Below the pieces are notes generated by a model, which made no database searches, was not told where the DNA came from, and was given only the letters and a program-made list of their open reading frames with translations. A stretch of DNA of 64,000 nucleotides from Magallana gigas (taxonomy: Eukaryota). Of the stretch, positions 10,634-22,424 are shown one piece after another. Numbering within the stretch: position 1 is the first letter of the stretch; each line of letters opens with the position of its first letter. A program made the position numbers and the translations under genes. The stretch is from NCBI RefSeq assembly GCF_963853765.1, contig NC_088855.1:5766001-5830000 (forward strand), written 5' to 3'.

Positions 10634-12650
10634 TAATTCAATTCAATTATCAATTCTTTATTTCTTTAAGCTTTACAGCTTATCAGTATGACATATGTAT
10701 AACATGAGGTGGTAGTGTATTTACAGGAGAACTTGTGCACGTACAGATAATAACATTTACTGTTACATATACAGGTTGAGAAAACAAAAGACTACAATTA
10801 TGTAATACAGTTGTCCCTTAATAACATACTTTTTGAGATGAATTTGCCAAGATTACAGAGATCTTTGACATTGTCAGTATTAAAAAGTTGAATTAATTTA
10901 AACATACAAGGTTTTTTATAATAATATTCTTTCATGTATAATCTGCGCAATGTTCTGTATAGAGGACAAACAAATAAAAAATGGAATTCATCTTCAACAC
11001 TAGATTTGCAATGTGGACAAAATCTATTTTCTCTATTTGTGTTATTATATCTACCAGTTTCAATAGCCAGGCGATGTGACGATAGTCGTAATTTAGTTAT
11101 ATATTTCTGTAATTTAATGGGAATAGATTTTCTTAAATAGTATTGAAGATGTATACCATCGATAAGATATTTGTAAAAAGAACATTTCTTTGAATTTTCA
11201 ACATTTGCAAAAATATCTTGTTTTGCCTGATCAAAAATTCTTTGTTTTACAAGTTGTAAAATACCATTGTTTATTTTTTGGTTAGACCATATATCAAAAA
11301 AACCGAGGTCAATGAGAATTTTCTTTACATAGAAAACCCAGTTTTTATAACCGTGTTCTTCACAATTAATATACATAACTTCGTAGCAATGTCTAATTAT
11401 ACAATTGTCACTAATTAAGACATTTTTCCAAAACTTAATAATGTTAAACATTCTATAATGTACAAGGGGCACACGGCCTAATTCAGCATATAAGTAAGCA
11501 GTATTTGTACTTTTCTTCACTCCGAGAATTTGTTTACAGAAGTCTGTATGAAGTTTCTCGATATTGCAACCTATATTATTTCCCCATATTTCTGAACAGT
11601 AATTAACAATTCCACCAATAAAACAATCAAAAAGCGACAATAATGTTTCTATATTAAATGACATTCCCCGTATATTCTTTCTAAGCGCAAACAATGCTTT
11701 TCTACCTTGTTCAGATAATTGTTTTTCAGCTTTGGTAAACTTGTTGTTAAAGTTGAAAAGTATTCCTAAGTAAGTGAATTGTTGTACAATTTCTAAAACA
11801 TCATTACCAATATGCCAACACTCACTATCTTTTACTCTGCCATTGTTTCTAAAAACCACAATTTTTGACTTTTCCGCATTAACATGCATTTTCCAAGTAT
11901 TACAATAGCTATGTAGTTCATTCAAAAGACATTGTAAACCTTCCACAGATTCAGAGAACAGGACCATATCATCAGCGTACATTAAAAGAAACAGATTTAG
12001 GGAAGATAACTCGTAAGACAAACAACCGGCATTTAAAAAGCTATTTTCGAAATCGTTAACATATAAATTGAATAAAATAGGTGATAACACTTCGCCCTGC
12101 ATTAATCCTAGGTTATTACAAAAATATTCACTCAAAAATCCATCAACACCAATACAGGATTTCACATGACGATATAACGCTTTAATAACTGACAATAATT
12201 TTCCTTCAATGCCAACCTTTGAAAGTTTAAGCCACAAAAGTCGTCTATCAATAGAATCAAACGCTTTTTTAAAATCGATGAACGCACAATATAACCTCTT
12301 CTTTTTACATAGACTGTTACTAATAATAGAATGTAAAGCAAAAATAGCATCACGTGTTCCACAGCTTGGTTTAAAACCAAATTGTGCATCCGTTATAACA
12401 TCATTATATTTTGACCATTCCAATAACCTTTTGTTTAAAATTGAAGTAAATAACTTACACATATTACTAACAAGACTTATACCCCTGTAGTTGTTAGGGT
12501 CTGTAGAATCACCCTTTTTAAACACTGGAATAATTATTGAGGAAGACCACGTACTGGGAAAAATACCAGTATTTAATATACAATTAAAAAGATTATGTAG
12601 TATAGGTAAAAAATAGTCTTGAAATTCAATAAAATATTCGTTCAAAATTC
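10634..12650 (-). mobile_element. 5'-truncated non-LTR retrotransposon (LINE; CR1/L2/RTEX-like)
   Basis: Contains an open RT ORF, a short 3' UTR, AATAAA (10662-10657) and an (ATTGA)n-like tail (about 10655-10634). There is no endonuclease or ORF1 upstream. The clade was not resolved by eye. Confidence 0.9.
10798..12645 (-). CDS. LINE ORF2 fragment: reverse transcriptase plus C-terminal CCHC-type motif, 615 aa without stops
   Basis: Motifs YRGISL, QFGF, FIDFKKAFD, GLMQGEVLSPILF, YADD, YLG, KLRLSSHRLAIETGRY and CPHC...EDEFHFLFVC. Confidence 0.92.
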   Translation of the reverse strand: MNEYFIEFQDYFLPILHNLFNCILNTGIFPSTWSSSIIIPVFKKGDSTDPNNYRGISLVSNMCKLFTSILNKRLLEWSKYNDVITDAQFGFKPSCGTRDAIFALHSIISNSLCKKKRLYCAFIDFKKAFDSIDRRLLWLKLSKVGIEGKLLSVIKALYRHVKSCIGVDGFLSEYFCNNLGLMQGEVLSPILFNLYVNDFENSFLNAGCLSYELSSLNLFLLMYADDMVLFSESVEGLQCLLNELHSYCNTWKMHVNAEKSKIVVFRNNGRVKDSECWHIGNDVLEIVQQFTYLGILFNFNNKFTKAEKQLSEQGRKALFALRKNIRGMSFNIETLLSLFDCFIGGIVNYCSEIWGNNIGCNIEKLHTDFCKQILGVKKSTNTAYLYAELGRVPLVHYRMFNIIKFWKNVLISDNCIIRHCYEVMYINCEEHGYKNWVFYVKKILIDLGFFDIWSNQKINNGILQLVKQRIFDQAKQDIFANVENSKKCSFYKYLIDGIHLQYYLRKSIPIKLQKYITKLRLSSHRLAIETGRYNNTNRENRFCPHCKSSVEDEFHFLFVCPLYRTLRRLYMKEYYYKKPCMFKLIQLFNTDNVKDLCNLGKFISKSMLLRDNCIT

Positions 12651-13404
12651 ACATTGATCAGCATTATGTATGAAAACCATTTTCATGATTTTGGGCATGA
12701 AATATTTACGGACAAAGACTGGCATATGTTTTTGTTTCGAAAAATTACCTGGGTAATACGTACTTGATTTGAACATATTTTACCGCATAATATCATACAT
12801 ATTGTTTTTCAACTTCTTAGGTTATCAATTAAAATAATACAGTTGTCAATGTAATCATAATTGACATTTAAAGTACAATGTATATAGAAACAGATTAATT
12901 ATCAATGTTACTCATAAACGCATAATTGTACAAATGAGTATACATGCAAATGCACGCTTTTGTTCAGCTCTGGTTGAAATAATCACGAAAATCATTAATC
13001 TACCTTATTCTTCATTACACATTAATTGTTCAATTTATTTATCAGTTTCATCAGGAATTTCATCAGGCTATCTATAAATATGTATGCTATTTTGAAGGTC
13101 ATCTGGACTGCCCTAGGACCAGAGATAAAGGACCAAATTTGGGACCCTGAATGTTTGTGCCTTTAATCGTGTGCCTTTTGGGGGTCGATTGGTCTGTCCC
13201 GGGACCCACCTTAATTTTAAGATGACGATATATTTGAATATGGGATCCTGGTGTTAGATAGCTACCCCTTGTAATTTTTTCTCATTATACCTGTATTTGA
13301 TGTACTACTTACAACACAGCCGGGCTAGCTAAATTTGTCAGTGGTCTTGTCTTTTTGCAAGCGACAATTTTTACTCTTTTCACTGTTTTTTTATGAATTC
13401 AGCC

Positions 13405-14988
13405 CAGTGGCGTAGCTAGAGCTAGAATGAAGTATAGGCACCAAATACGGCGAGGGGTCTGGGGGCCGCTCAACGCCCCCAGCGGGTCCAGGGCAGCGCC
13501 CTGGTAGAGGGTTCAGGGGGGCAAAGCCCCCCGACGGAAAAAGGATTTCATGTTTTATAGAACACACAGGCACTTTTCGCACATAAAATTTTGAGTTTTT
13601 TAAAAGATTTTTTCGTAGTAAAAAGGCTAAAAACATTTTTTAATACAATGCAACATTGTTTTCACCAGCAGTTTTTTTAAGCGTTATAAAAGTGAATGGC
13701 GGGAAGAAGATGGGGAAATAAGAGAGGGCAAATGCCCATTCGGTTTCATCGTAAATACAATTTTGAATTTATTTTATCAATTAAATCAATTCAAATTTAT
13801 TATAATACAAGTTTGCAAAAGCACAATTTCTAAATAAATTCAGTTTTTATTATGTTTGGCAAACTATAGAAAAAAAAAATATTACCGTAAATTTTGGTGG
13901 AATCGAACCCACAACATAAAAACCCTACTTATGTAAGGTTAGCTAGTGTCTGGTGCTCTAACCTCTGAGCCATTTCACACACAAAAAAATAGGTTGTTTA
14001 AATATTACGAGTGCCTTGAACTTTGGCCACGAATTTACGGACGAATTATTTTTTCAAAACGTTCAATTGCTGAGATACAAAATGAAATTTTTATTGTATA
14101 GTGGGTCATCTCTCCACGTTTTTGTTGATTGAAATCGGTTTGTTTTCCATAAAACCTTATTTAGACTATGAGAAAAATATGGAGCAGAGATTCACTATAA
14201 AAAAGAAAAGACCTTGAAGTTGTAAAAAAAAAAAAAAATCACTATTGGAAGTTTTGATATACGTATACGCCTGTTTGAGTCAACATATTCCAAGTATTGA
14301 ACATATTTTAAAAAGGTTAAAAATCGAGGATATGTTAAATATTTATTGTTTTGAATATATTTTTTAAAAATATCAGATTTATTGATATTTAAATTTTTCA
14401 GTATCTTTTCCGTCCGTGCATAGGTTTTACACGCCTTATCCACCCATCTTCTTACACTAAAGCTATTGTCTGTCTCTATAGTTTAGTTTACTATTAAAGG
14501 GAAAACATGAAGACGTTGTAATTGAATGTCATGATTCAAAAACAGTTGTAATGTTTATTTTAAATTTTGATAGTAATAAGAAAACAGAAATATTGCTTTG
14601 GTTTTTTTTAAGTCGTACATGATGTTACACGAAGTCAAGGCGTCCATTTTTATTAGCGCAAATTTGGCAATGATAGTTGAGATTGCAATATGCCTCGGTC
14701 TATGAATATGATTTTAAACATTTCATCCTGTGTTCTTACTTTTGGTTTATTGCCCGACATGTTTTTCACTGATTGACTGTGCAATAATTAGCATCATCGA
14801 CGTCACATATTTGTGACCTCAAACAATCAGAGTTTTGAAATAGGGAAAAGAAAGATATTTGCTAGGTGCTTTTTAAAAAGAAAATTTTTAATTTAAATGT
14901 AATATTTTACATGTAACATTTTAAATTTTTGGTCTTAAAATGATGTGTAGGCACGTGCCTTAAGTGCCTAACGGCAGCTACGCCACTG
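13405..14988. mobile_element. Non-autonomous TIR DNA element (hAT-like ends), 1584 bp, with a nested repeat fragment
   Basis: A 13-bp TIR, CAGTGGCGTAGCT, is present at both ends. A GC-rich palindromic block lies at about 13455-13535. There is no 8-bp TSD, only a 4/5 match (CAGCC/AAGCC), so the superfamily is uncertain. Confidence 0.7.
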
Positions 14989-15057
14989 AAGCCAGTATCT
15001 TATGTACTTCCTTGTTTGTTTGTTCCTAATTTTTATGAATATATTTGTAATTGTACA

Positions 15058-16460
15058 GTGGTTATTACGATGTCACGACACCGATGAAATCATATAGTGG
15101 TTTATGTAACGCCGCGGCATCAATGTAATCGTATAGTCACGGGTTAATGTAACGTTGCGGTATCAATGTAATCGTATAGTAAATAATGTAACGCCACGGC
15201 ATCAATGTAATTGTAACATCACGGCACCAATGTAATCGTATAGTGGTTAATGAAACGTCAAGGCACCAGTGTATTCGTATAATGGTTAATGTAACGTCAC
15301 GGCACCAATGTATTCGTATAGTGGTTAATGTAACGTCACGGCACCAATGTAATCGTATAGTGGTTAATGTAACGTCATGGCGCCAATGTAATCGTATAGT
15401 GGTTAATGTACCATCACGGCTACAATTTAATCGTATAGTGGTTAATGTAACGCCACGTCATCAATGTAATCGTAAAGTGGTTAATGTAACGTCACGGCAA
15501 CAATATAATCGTATAATGGTTAACGTAACGTCACAGCACCAATATATTCGTTAAGTGGTTAATGTAACTTCATGGCACCAATGTAATCGTATAGTGGTTA
15601 ATGTAACGCCACAGCATCAATGTAATCGTATAGTGGCAACAGTTTGTGAGCCGGTCCTACAGATCAACTGTTGCCCGAGACACAGTCAACAACTGTTTTG
15701 TTATACCCCCTCTAATCAACACGTTTTCGCGGAATGTGATGTCACCGATCAACAGTCTTTTTTTACAGTCGATTTTAAGACTTCCAATCTAACGGTTCCA
15801 GTCCAACAGTCAAAATGCTGGACTTTTTTTTGTATAGAGTTGTATAGTAACTGTTGAACATGGGTATAAGAATGGTTAATGTAAAGTCACGGCACCAATG
15901 TAATCGTGTAGTGGTTAATGTAACGTCACGGCATCAGTGTAATCTTATAGTGGTTAATGTAACGACACGGCATCAATGTATTCGTGCAGTGGTTAATGTA
16001 ACACCATGGCACCAATGTAATCTTATAGTGGTTAATGTAAAGTCACGGCACCAATGTAATCGTGTAGTGGTTAATGTAACGTCACGGCACCAATGTAATC
16101 GTATAGTGGTTAATGTAACAACACGGCATCAATGTACTCGTGTTGTGGTTAATGTAACGCCATGGCACCAATGTATTCTTATAGTGGTTATTGTAACGTC
16201 ACGGCACCAATGTAATCGTATAGTGGTTAATGTAACAACACGGCATCAATGTACTCGTGTTGTGGTTAATGTAACGCCATGGCACCAATGTATTCTTATA
16301 GTGGTTATTGTAACGTCACGGCACCAATGTAATCGTATAGTGGTTTATTAATATAATGTCACGGCATCAATGTAATCGTTTAGTGGTTAATGTAACGTCA
16401 CTGAACCAATGTAAACTTATAGTGGTTAATGTAAACATCACGGCACCAATGTAACCGTAT
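15058..16460. repeat. 39-bp minisatellite in two blocks (about 15058-15636 and 15871-16460, roughly 15 units each) with a 235-bp spacer
   Basis: Consensus GTGGTTAATGTAACGTCACGGCACCAATGTAATCGTATA. It translates in one frame as VVNVTSRHQCNRI repeats (ORFs 15243, 15555, 15854). Confidence 0.95.
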
Positions 16461-17481
16461 AAATGTGTGTCTATTTCAAACAGTCAGTTTTCTCGGTCTA
16501 AGTCCAAGTCTTGGTAAATATGAAAACACTCTAGACATTTAAACTATCACAACGGTCAACCAATATTAAAATTAGACCAACTACTGAAGACTATGTCAAC
16601 GTCACATAAACTTTATTCCAAGTTGCTGGTAAATAAACAAACTTCTCGTTCATCCATATATTTAACATAATGATAAATACAAAAATATACATGCAGTTAT
16701 ACAAACTTAAGCTTCCCATTAACACCATTCTTATCAAGTTTACAACGTATATATAAGCTTGCCTTATTGTTAAGATAAGTCCAAGTTACCCAAACCCAAA
16801 GCACGGACTAAACACCTAACATGTTAAACTTAGCACAGTAGAATCGGAGGCGAGAATCTAACAATATACGAAAAAGTGAACGATACAGGAGACAGAGGGA
16901 GCCCACCCATCTACCCAGGGAAGTGAGCTGACTCAAACCTTAGAGTTCCAAGTCTACTGGTAAACAAAGGCAAATCTGACATTATATACACTATGCTCGT
17001 TATTCGAATAGTGAATAGCAAATACACAGTCAAGAAGTTTTTACCTTCTAATTGTTGTAGAAAACATGTGAACCCAACATATTTCGGAATTATTGTGGGA
17101 TCATAAAATGTTGTGACCATGGGAGCATATTTTTGTGGGTTGTCAGCTTTTAAACGGTTCATGGGGATGTTATTTCGTAGATTCGTCTGTATTATTAATT
17201 CATAGAGACTATGTTTTATAAATGGTTGTGGGTGTTGTTTTGTGGATAATGTACATATAAATACAGTGTACTTTTCAAAACAAACATGACTGAAAGTGCA
17301 AATATATTCCAAATAGTTTATATATATTACCAAAAACGTAAATCTATATCAGCCACACGTAGCTTCATGGACATATCTAGAGTAGTCGGGTACATTGCAG
17401 TGTTAACGGAGATTTCTCTTGGTTACAGATGTGATGCAAGCATGTAATCGCTTTGATAATGGTAGCCTGTCTCTTCATTTC

Positions 17482-18663
17482 TTACAATGGATAGCATTCC
17501 TTATTGGGGTTTCTCCACTGAATCTGTGGGGCGTGGGTGGAGTTGTAGCGAGTGATAAGCTCGGTGCACGATGTTTTTCCCGCGGCATAGTGGAGTCTCC
17601 TGAAGGTCCTGACCAGTAGATTGTGGTTATAGTCACTGTCCCGATGACTGTGACCCTCGTAATTTCCACGATATGTCGTCTGATGGACAGCCAATATGGT
17701 CTCTGTCGCGTCAACGACGTGACCGCGCCTCCTAGCGTCAAGTACGAGCCAGTTATCGTACGCCCGTCTACCGACGATGACATCGGGAATGTCTTTCCAC
17801 GGATAATTTTTCATCGTTATGAAATAGTCCTCACCCCACGCGCTGAACAGAGTCCCTCTGAACTCCGCTGCTTTGGTTATGGTTATCTGGTCCCGCGCCT
17901 CTAGCGCCGTGACATTGTCCACATTTGTTCTTCTGCCTATGACCATCAGGGGGCGCGATTTGTTCAAGCTAGACGTTAACACCGTCAGTAACGTTATAAT
18001 CAGTGTATCCGTGAAAAGGATGTCACCATTGGCGTATGCATAAAAGGTGGAATTGAAAACTTTGATGGTATCTAAGTACATATTTTTCAGAACAGGCACT
18101 CCTCTCCCTGCTTTTGAGACGGGCAATACTTTCCATCCCATTGCTGTAACCTGGATAGACAATTCGTTCTCATTTGTAAACAGTATTGGTTGTACAAACG
18201 GTTTTAAAAGATTCCAGTTTCTAACTGTGTTATTGTGGCAAGTGAATTTCTCTACGGAAGTCTGCCACGTGGTGAATAGCGTCAAGAGCGTGGCGTTAGT
18301 GTGCAACATGTCTAGCGCTAGGTTCTCTGTATTGACAGGGGCCCTACTGACATTGCGGTCCATCCTGGACCTGGAAACTTGTGTAGTAGCGTAATTTCTG
18401 GTAATATTTCTATCCTTTTCAGCCGAGTCAGTGTCCGTAAAGAATTCTCCATATCTGATATAGTCCCACAACTCCCATATCTGCTTCTGCCATGACCGGA
18501 AGTCGCCAATCGCCGCCATGATCATTTTGTGAAGCGTTAGGCTCTGAAGGCTGACCTCTGAATATAGATACACATAGACGGAGGTGCATATAAAGCACAA
18601 GGCAAGGACCTTAAAGTGCGTGACTCTGCTGACCAATACGGCGGGAATACGGACGGCTCTCAT
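17482..18663 (-). CDS. Uncharacterised type II membrane protein, probable GT-A-fold glycosyltransferase-like (393 aa, no intron in CDS)
   Basis: Long open ORF in visibly GC/CpG-richer DNA, with an N-terminal hydrophobic anchor (FKVLALCFICTSVYVYLY), a stem region and motifs YANGDILF, GRRTNV, GEDYF, VGRRAYDNW, VDAT...AVHQ. An acceptor (ttttaaacag) about 20 nt upstream of the ATG implies a 5' UTR intron. Function is inferred, not proven. Confidence 0.75.
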   Translation of the reverse strand: MRAVRIPAVLVSRVTHFKVLALCFICTSVYVYLYSEVSLQSLTLHKMIMAAIGDFRSWQKQIWELWDYIRYGEFFTDTDSAEKDRNITRNYATTQVSRSRMDRNVSRAPVNTENLALDMLHTNATLLTLFTTWQTSVEKFTCHNNTVRNWNLLKPFVQPILFTNENELSIQVTAMGWKVLPVSKAGRGVPVLKNMYLDTIKVFNSTFYAYANGDILFTDTLIITLLTVLTSSLNKSRPLMVIGRRTNVDNVTALEARDQITITKAAEFRGTLFSAWGEDYFITMKNYPWKDIPDVIVGRRAYDNWLVLDARRRGHVVDATETILAVHQTTYRGNYEGHSHRDSDYNHNLLVRTFRRLHYAAGKTSCTELITRYNSTHAPQIQWRNPNKECYPL

Positions 18664-21513
18664 TTCAGGGAATCCTTAGTTCCTGTTTAAAAAGACCGGA
18701 AAGATTAGCATAAATCGAATAAATAAGTTCACCGGGATATCTGAACGTGGTTGGTACGTAATTAAATCTTGAAGCCTTCGGGATTCACAGGTCTTTGATC
18801 ATGTGACCAACCAAGTTTACATTCGCAGAACTTTTTAAACATGACGTTTATTTATCAAAGGTAGCTAGCATTGCAGAAATAAAATATATAACCCGCGTTC
18901 ACAGGATTTGATCATATGACCAACTAAGTTCATATTAAACATGATGAGTACTTTTATTTTAAAATATTCTTTCGTCAATATCTAGGGCATTTCACTCTAT
19001 CACGTAGATTTCTGTCGTCATTCACAAATAAATCACAATCGATATTATTGTAAGAAATAGACGAAAAAATACTTCGTGTTTGTTAATAGAATTATTTATA
19101 AATACATTACTATACGTTTAAGAACTTTCCAGTATCAACGACATAATGAGTCTTTTTGAACTTTTTCATTAGGACGAACATTTTTCTATATCATACACCT
19201 AGTAGTTTGGACTAGGTGAGCCAGCAGCCGGAAGCTAGGACTGTATCGCCTTAAGACTGACATTTCTCTGTATCAGCTCATCGTCAAGTGGTTGTATTAC
19301 ACTTAAATTAAAAATCGTAAATTCCCCAAATTAATCAATTAACTAATCAATTAATCAATATTTTATTAAATTTACTAAACTATATTTTGCATGCATACAA
19401 CCCATATTTACAAAATCGAACCACAGAATTTTAATTTTTTAATACAGAGAATAAATATTAGTGATAATTTTTTTTCTTATAAATCAATTTTTGAAAAAGT
19501 ATCAGAAAAAATATAGGTTCTTATATTACATATAGTTATAAATCAGTCTGTTTGAATTAATTCCTTTTAAAAAGTTTTGCTCAACTGTATCCATTTTTGA
19601 AGGGGGTGTTAAAATAAACGTCTTTCTTATAATTTTTTATTTTTGATTTGAACATATTTTATTATGCAAAGAACTATATATGATATTAGTCATATTTGGC
19701 CCCCATAATTCGCTAATTTTAAAGTGATTCAGGTACATTAATTTGTTGTGTTATTTTATAAAAGAGTTGACATAAAATATGTGTTTCACCTATTTATTTG
19801 ATTTATTTGCACTCACTGGCAGTATATGACGTCAAAAGTGACGCTATTTTTATAATTCAATCAAAATCAGTCAAAATTTGACATTTTTCTTATCTTTTTT
19901 CGAATCGGAAATATAGAGCGACTCTTTGAACAAGAACGAATTTTTTGTCACTTATAAGTACTGGAGAGATACATCTTTAATGAAAATATTTTGTTTGTTC
20001 AAGCAGTCGCTCAATGTTTCCTTAAAGAAAAACTGCTTCAAAACAAGCCGTTTTATTATAAAAATGCGAAAATGGCAGGAAAAGGTAAACTTTATGATGT
20101 CATATTTTTAAATTGTGGGCACTAAAATCAAACTGAAAATTATGAAAAAACTTCAAATGTATATTTGTTCTAATAAAACAAAGAATTACAGTAAAAAGAC
20201 AATGTTCATTTAAGAGTGCCATTTTAGGCTCAAACCTCATATATAACTAGTCCTTTACCATGAAAATAAATTTTACGTAATAAAAGGTGAATTTAATTGC
20301 AGAAATACGCGTGTTTTTTCATCTCAGTTTTGGATATTTAATATATCATCTATTCATCCAGCTGGGTGGATTTAATTAATGTGAAACTTATTTGAATTTC
20401 AACGAGAGATTTTAAGAAAGTGTTTTGAGGGAAAAATTACATTACTTATAGTATTTATGTTTCCTACCTGGTAAAACTCTGTCCTTATATCTCATGCTAC
20501 ATATCTGTATTAACGGAGAGAGGAGAATGTCGGACAGGTGATGCTGAAACGTGTAGAAGCGATGAAGGGATATTATCACCCTCGGGGTGACTCCAGGTGG
20601 TGTAGGGCCGAGAAACCAGGAGAAGATTGCAATGAACCTAAGGCTGTGTGTTAACTGAGATATTAATGTGGTGCTATTAGAAGCGATAATAAGGGGATAA
20701 TATCGAAAGCGTTATGAGAGAGTTAAGCTTTTTAACGGCCTTCCTTGTGAATGGTCAGCAGACACATCAACGTAAATGTGACAGCGCTTCAAATAAATAC
20801 CCCCCCCCCCCCAAACCAAAAGTATGAATGAGGTGATGGGTTTATAAATGTAGGAATGAATGTGTTCATGTATATGTTAAACAACAAATTAACTTATAAT
20901 TTATAATTATAAGACAAAAGTCAAGATTATTATTTAATATACAATTAAAATTGTTGAAATTGATCTTGTCAACAAATTTTTCAATTGTGCTTAATATGCT
21001 TATATGTATATATATACATTGTATGATATATTGTATGTGCAAATGAAATTAATATCATAATAATGATAACAAAAATTAATATCTAATTATCCTTTGTCTT
21101 GTATACAAAATATATCAATAATATATCACTCTGTAAAATGGTAAATAATACTACATGTATATACTATATTCTATGATTATTTTATAACACCACTTCTTGA
21201 CTTTGTATTTTGGAGAGGGTTTATATAGGCTTTGCCTGTTGCTCAATCCATTTGATTACTCAATAGAATATGTTTAAATTAAACCAAAAGTATTACGCAA
21301 CTGGATGATTAGTCAAAGATAAATCAAAGCATTGAGAGTACTGAAAGGTTGACAAGTTTAATATGTGTATATATCACATATAAAAAAGAATGGTAAATTA
21401 TCAACAATGTATTTAAAACTATATTATTAAAACTATTTGTTCTTTTTAATGAAACAAGCATGAATTTTACAAAGTTTTGGGCAATGAACGACATGCTTAA
21501 TGACAACAATTAA

Positions 21514-21864
21514 GGTGGGTCCCTACTCAGAGATTGTTTCAGGTTAACGTGATTTTTTTTTAAATCGTTAGTTTGACACCTCGTGTAATTAAAACAAAAA
21601 TTTTACAAGAATATAGTCTTATCTTAACTACTTACTTTTCTTACCAGAATCTCAACAATACGCTTACCCCCTTCTTCATAACATGTTTCCAACCAACTAC
21701 AATTTTTTTTCTTTTTGTAGTTTTAAATACTTTTATCAAGTGAACCCAGTCTTACATATGAATGTTTAAATCACTTCATGTCAAGTAAAAAAAACCCACA
21801 TTGCTGTGGTTATTTTTATTGCTAAACGGATAAAAAGGGACATTTTGTAGGGAAGGCATACCAC
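21514..21864. mobile_element. Decayed TTAA-type MITE (possible Kolobok-like)
   Basis: Left end TTAA|GGTGGGTCCCTAC; the right end reverse-complements to TTATGTGGTATGCCTTCCCTAC. The ends are degenerate. Confidence 0.3.
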
Positions 21865-22424
21865 ATAAGAAAATAAAATTTAATTAAAAATGAACACTTA
21901 TATTACAAACGTCTTGACCTATAGGACCGGTATTGGTTTCTGGTTTTGCAAAAAGCATATCGATTTCCGTCCCACTTCTTGATTTTAGGCCAGAAACAGT
22001 GAATTCTTAGGTTCGCAAATTGCAAAAGATCTTAGTGTTGTGTTTGAAATACCAAATTTTACAAATGTTATGTCAAAAAAACATTTCCATGTATGTCAAA
22101 CAGTGCAGATTGAATCTACTGTAATCAGTACAAATTTCTTCTAAATCTGACACAAAATAACACCAGAAAACCTCTTAAAAATAAGTCTTATTTTCAATGA
22201 AATATAAATTTATGGAAAAGGGGGGAAATGACATACTTTTTGCGCGTGAGTGTACGTGATTAACTAATTTGAGATATGTACTAAAATCTAAATATATTAT
22301 TATTTGGTACTTATTTAAATTTTGTTATACTTTTACAAATTCAAATCGCGCTTGCAAGTTGTAGGGGAGTCTCGACTGATCTATTTATAGCCAAGCACCT
22401 GTCAAGATTTATTTTTTCTTCGGA

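Noticed and set aside
10620-12670. Target-site duplication around the LINE
   Set aside because: Only a short ACATT is shared by the flanks, which is not convincing.
13899-13972. Possible tRNA gene (also 9516-9589, 50701-50760, 52604-52662)
   Set aside because: A/B boxes are present, but I could not form acceptor and anticodon stems and all lie in or near repeats. Reported as tRNA-like segments only.
15058-16460. CRISPR-like regular periodicity
   Set aside because: Units are contiguous with no unique spacers between them, there are no cas genes, and the context is eukaryotic. It is a minisatellite.
17419-18509. Overlapping and antisense ORFs across the GT-like gene
   Set aside because: Expected by-products of a GC-rich coding region; no motifs.
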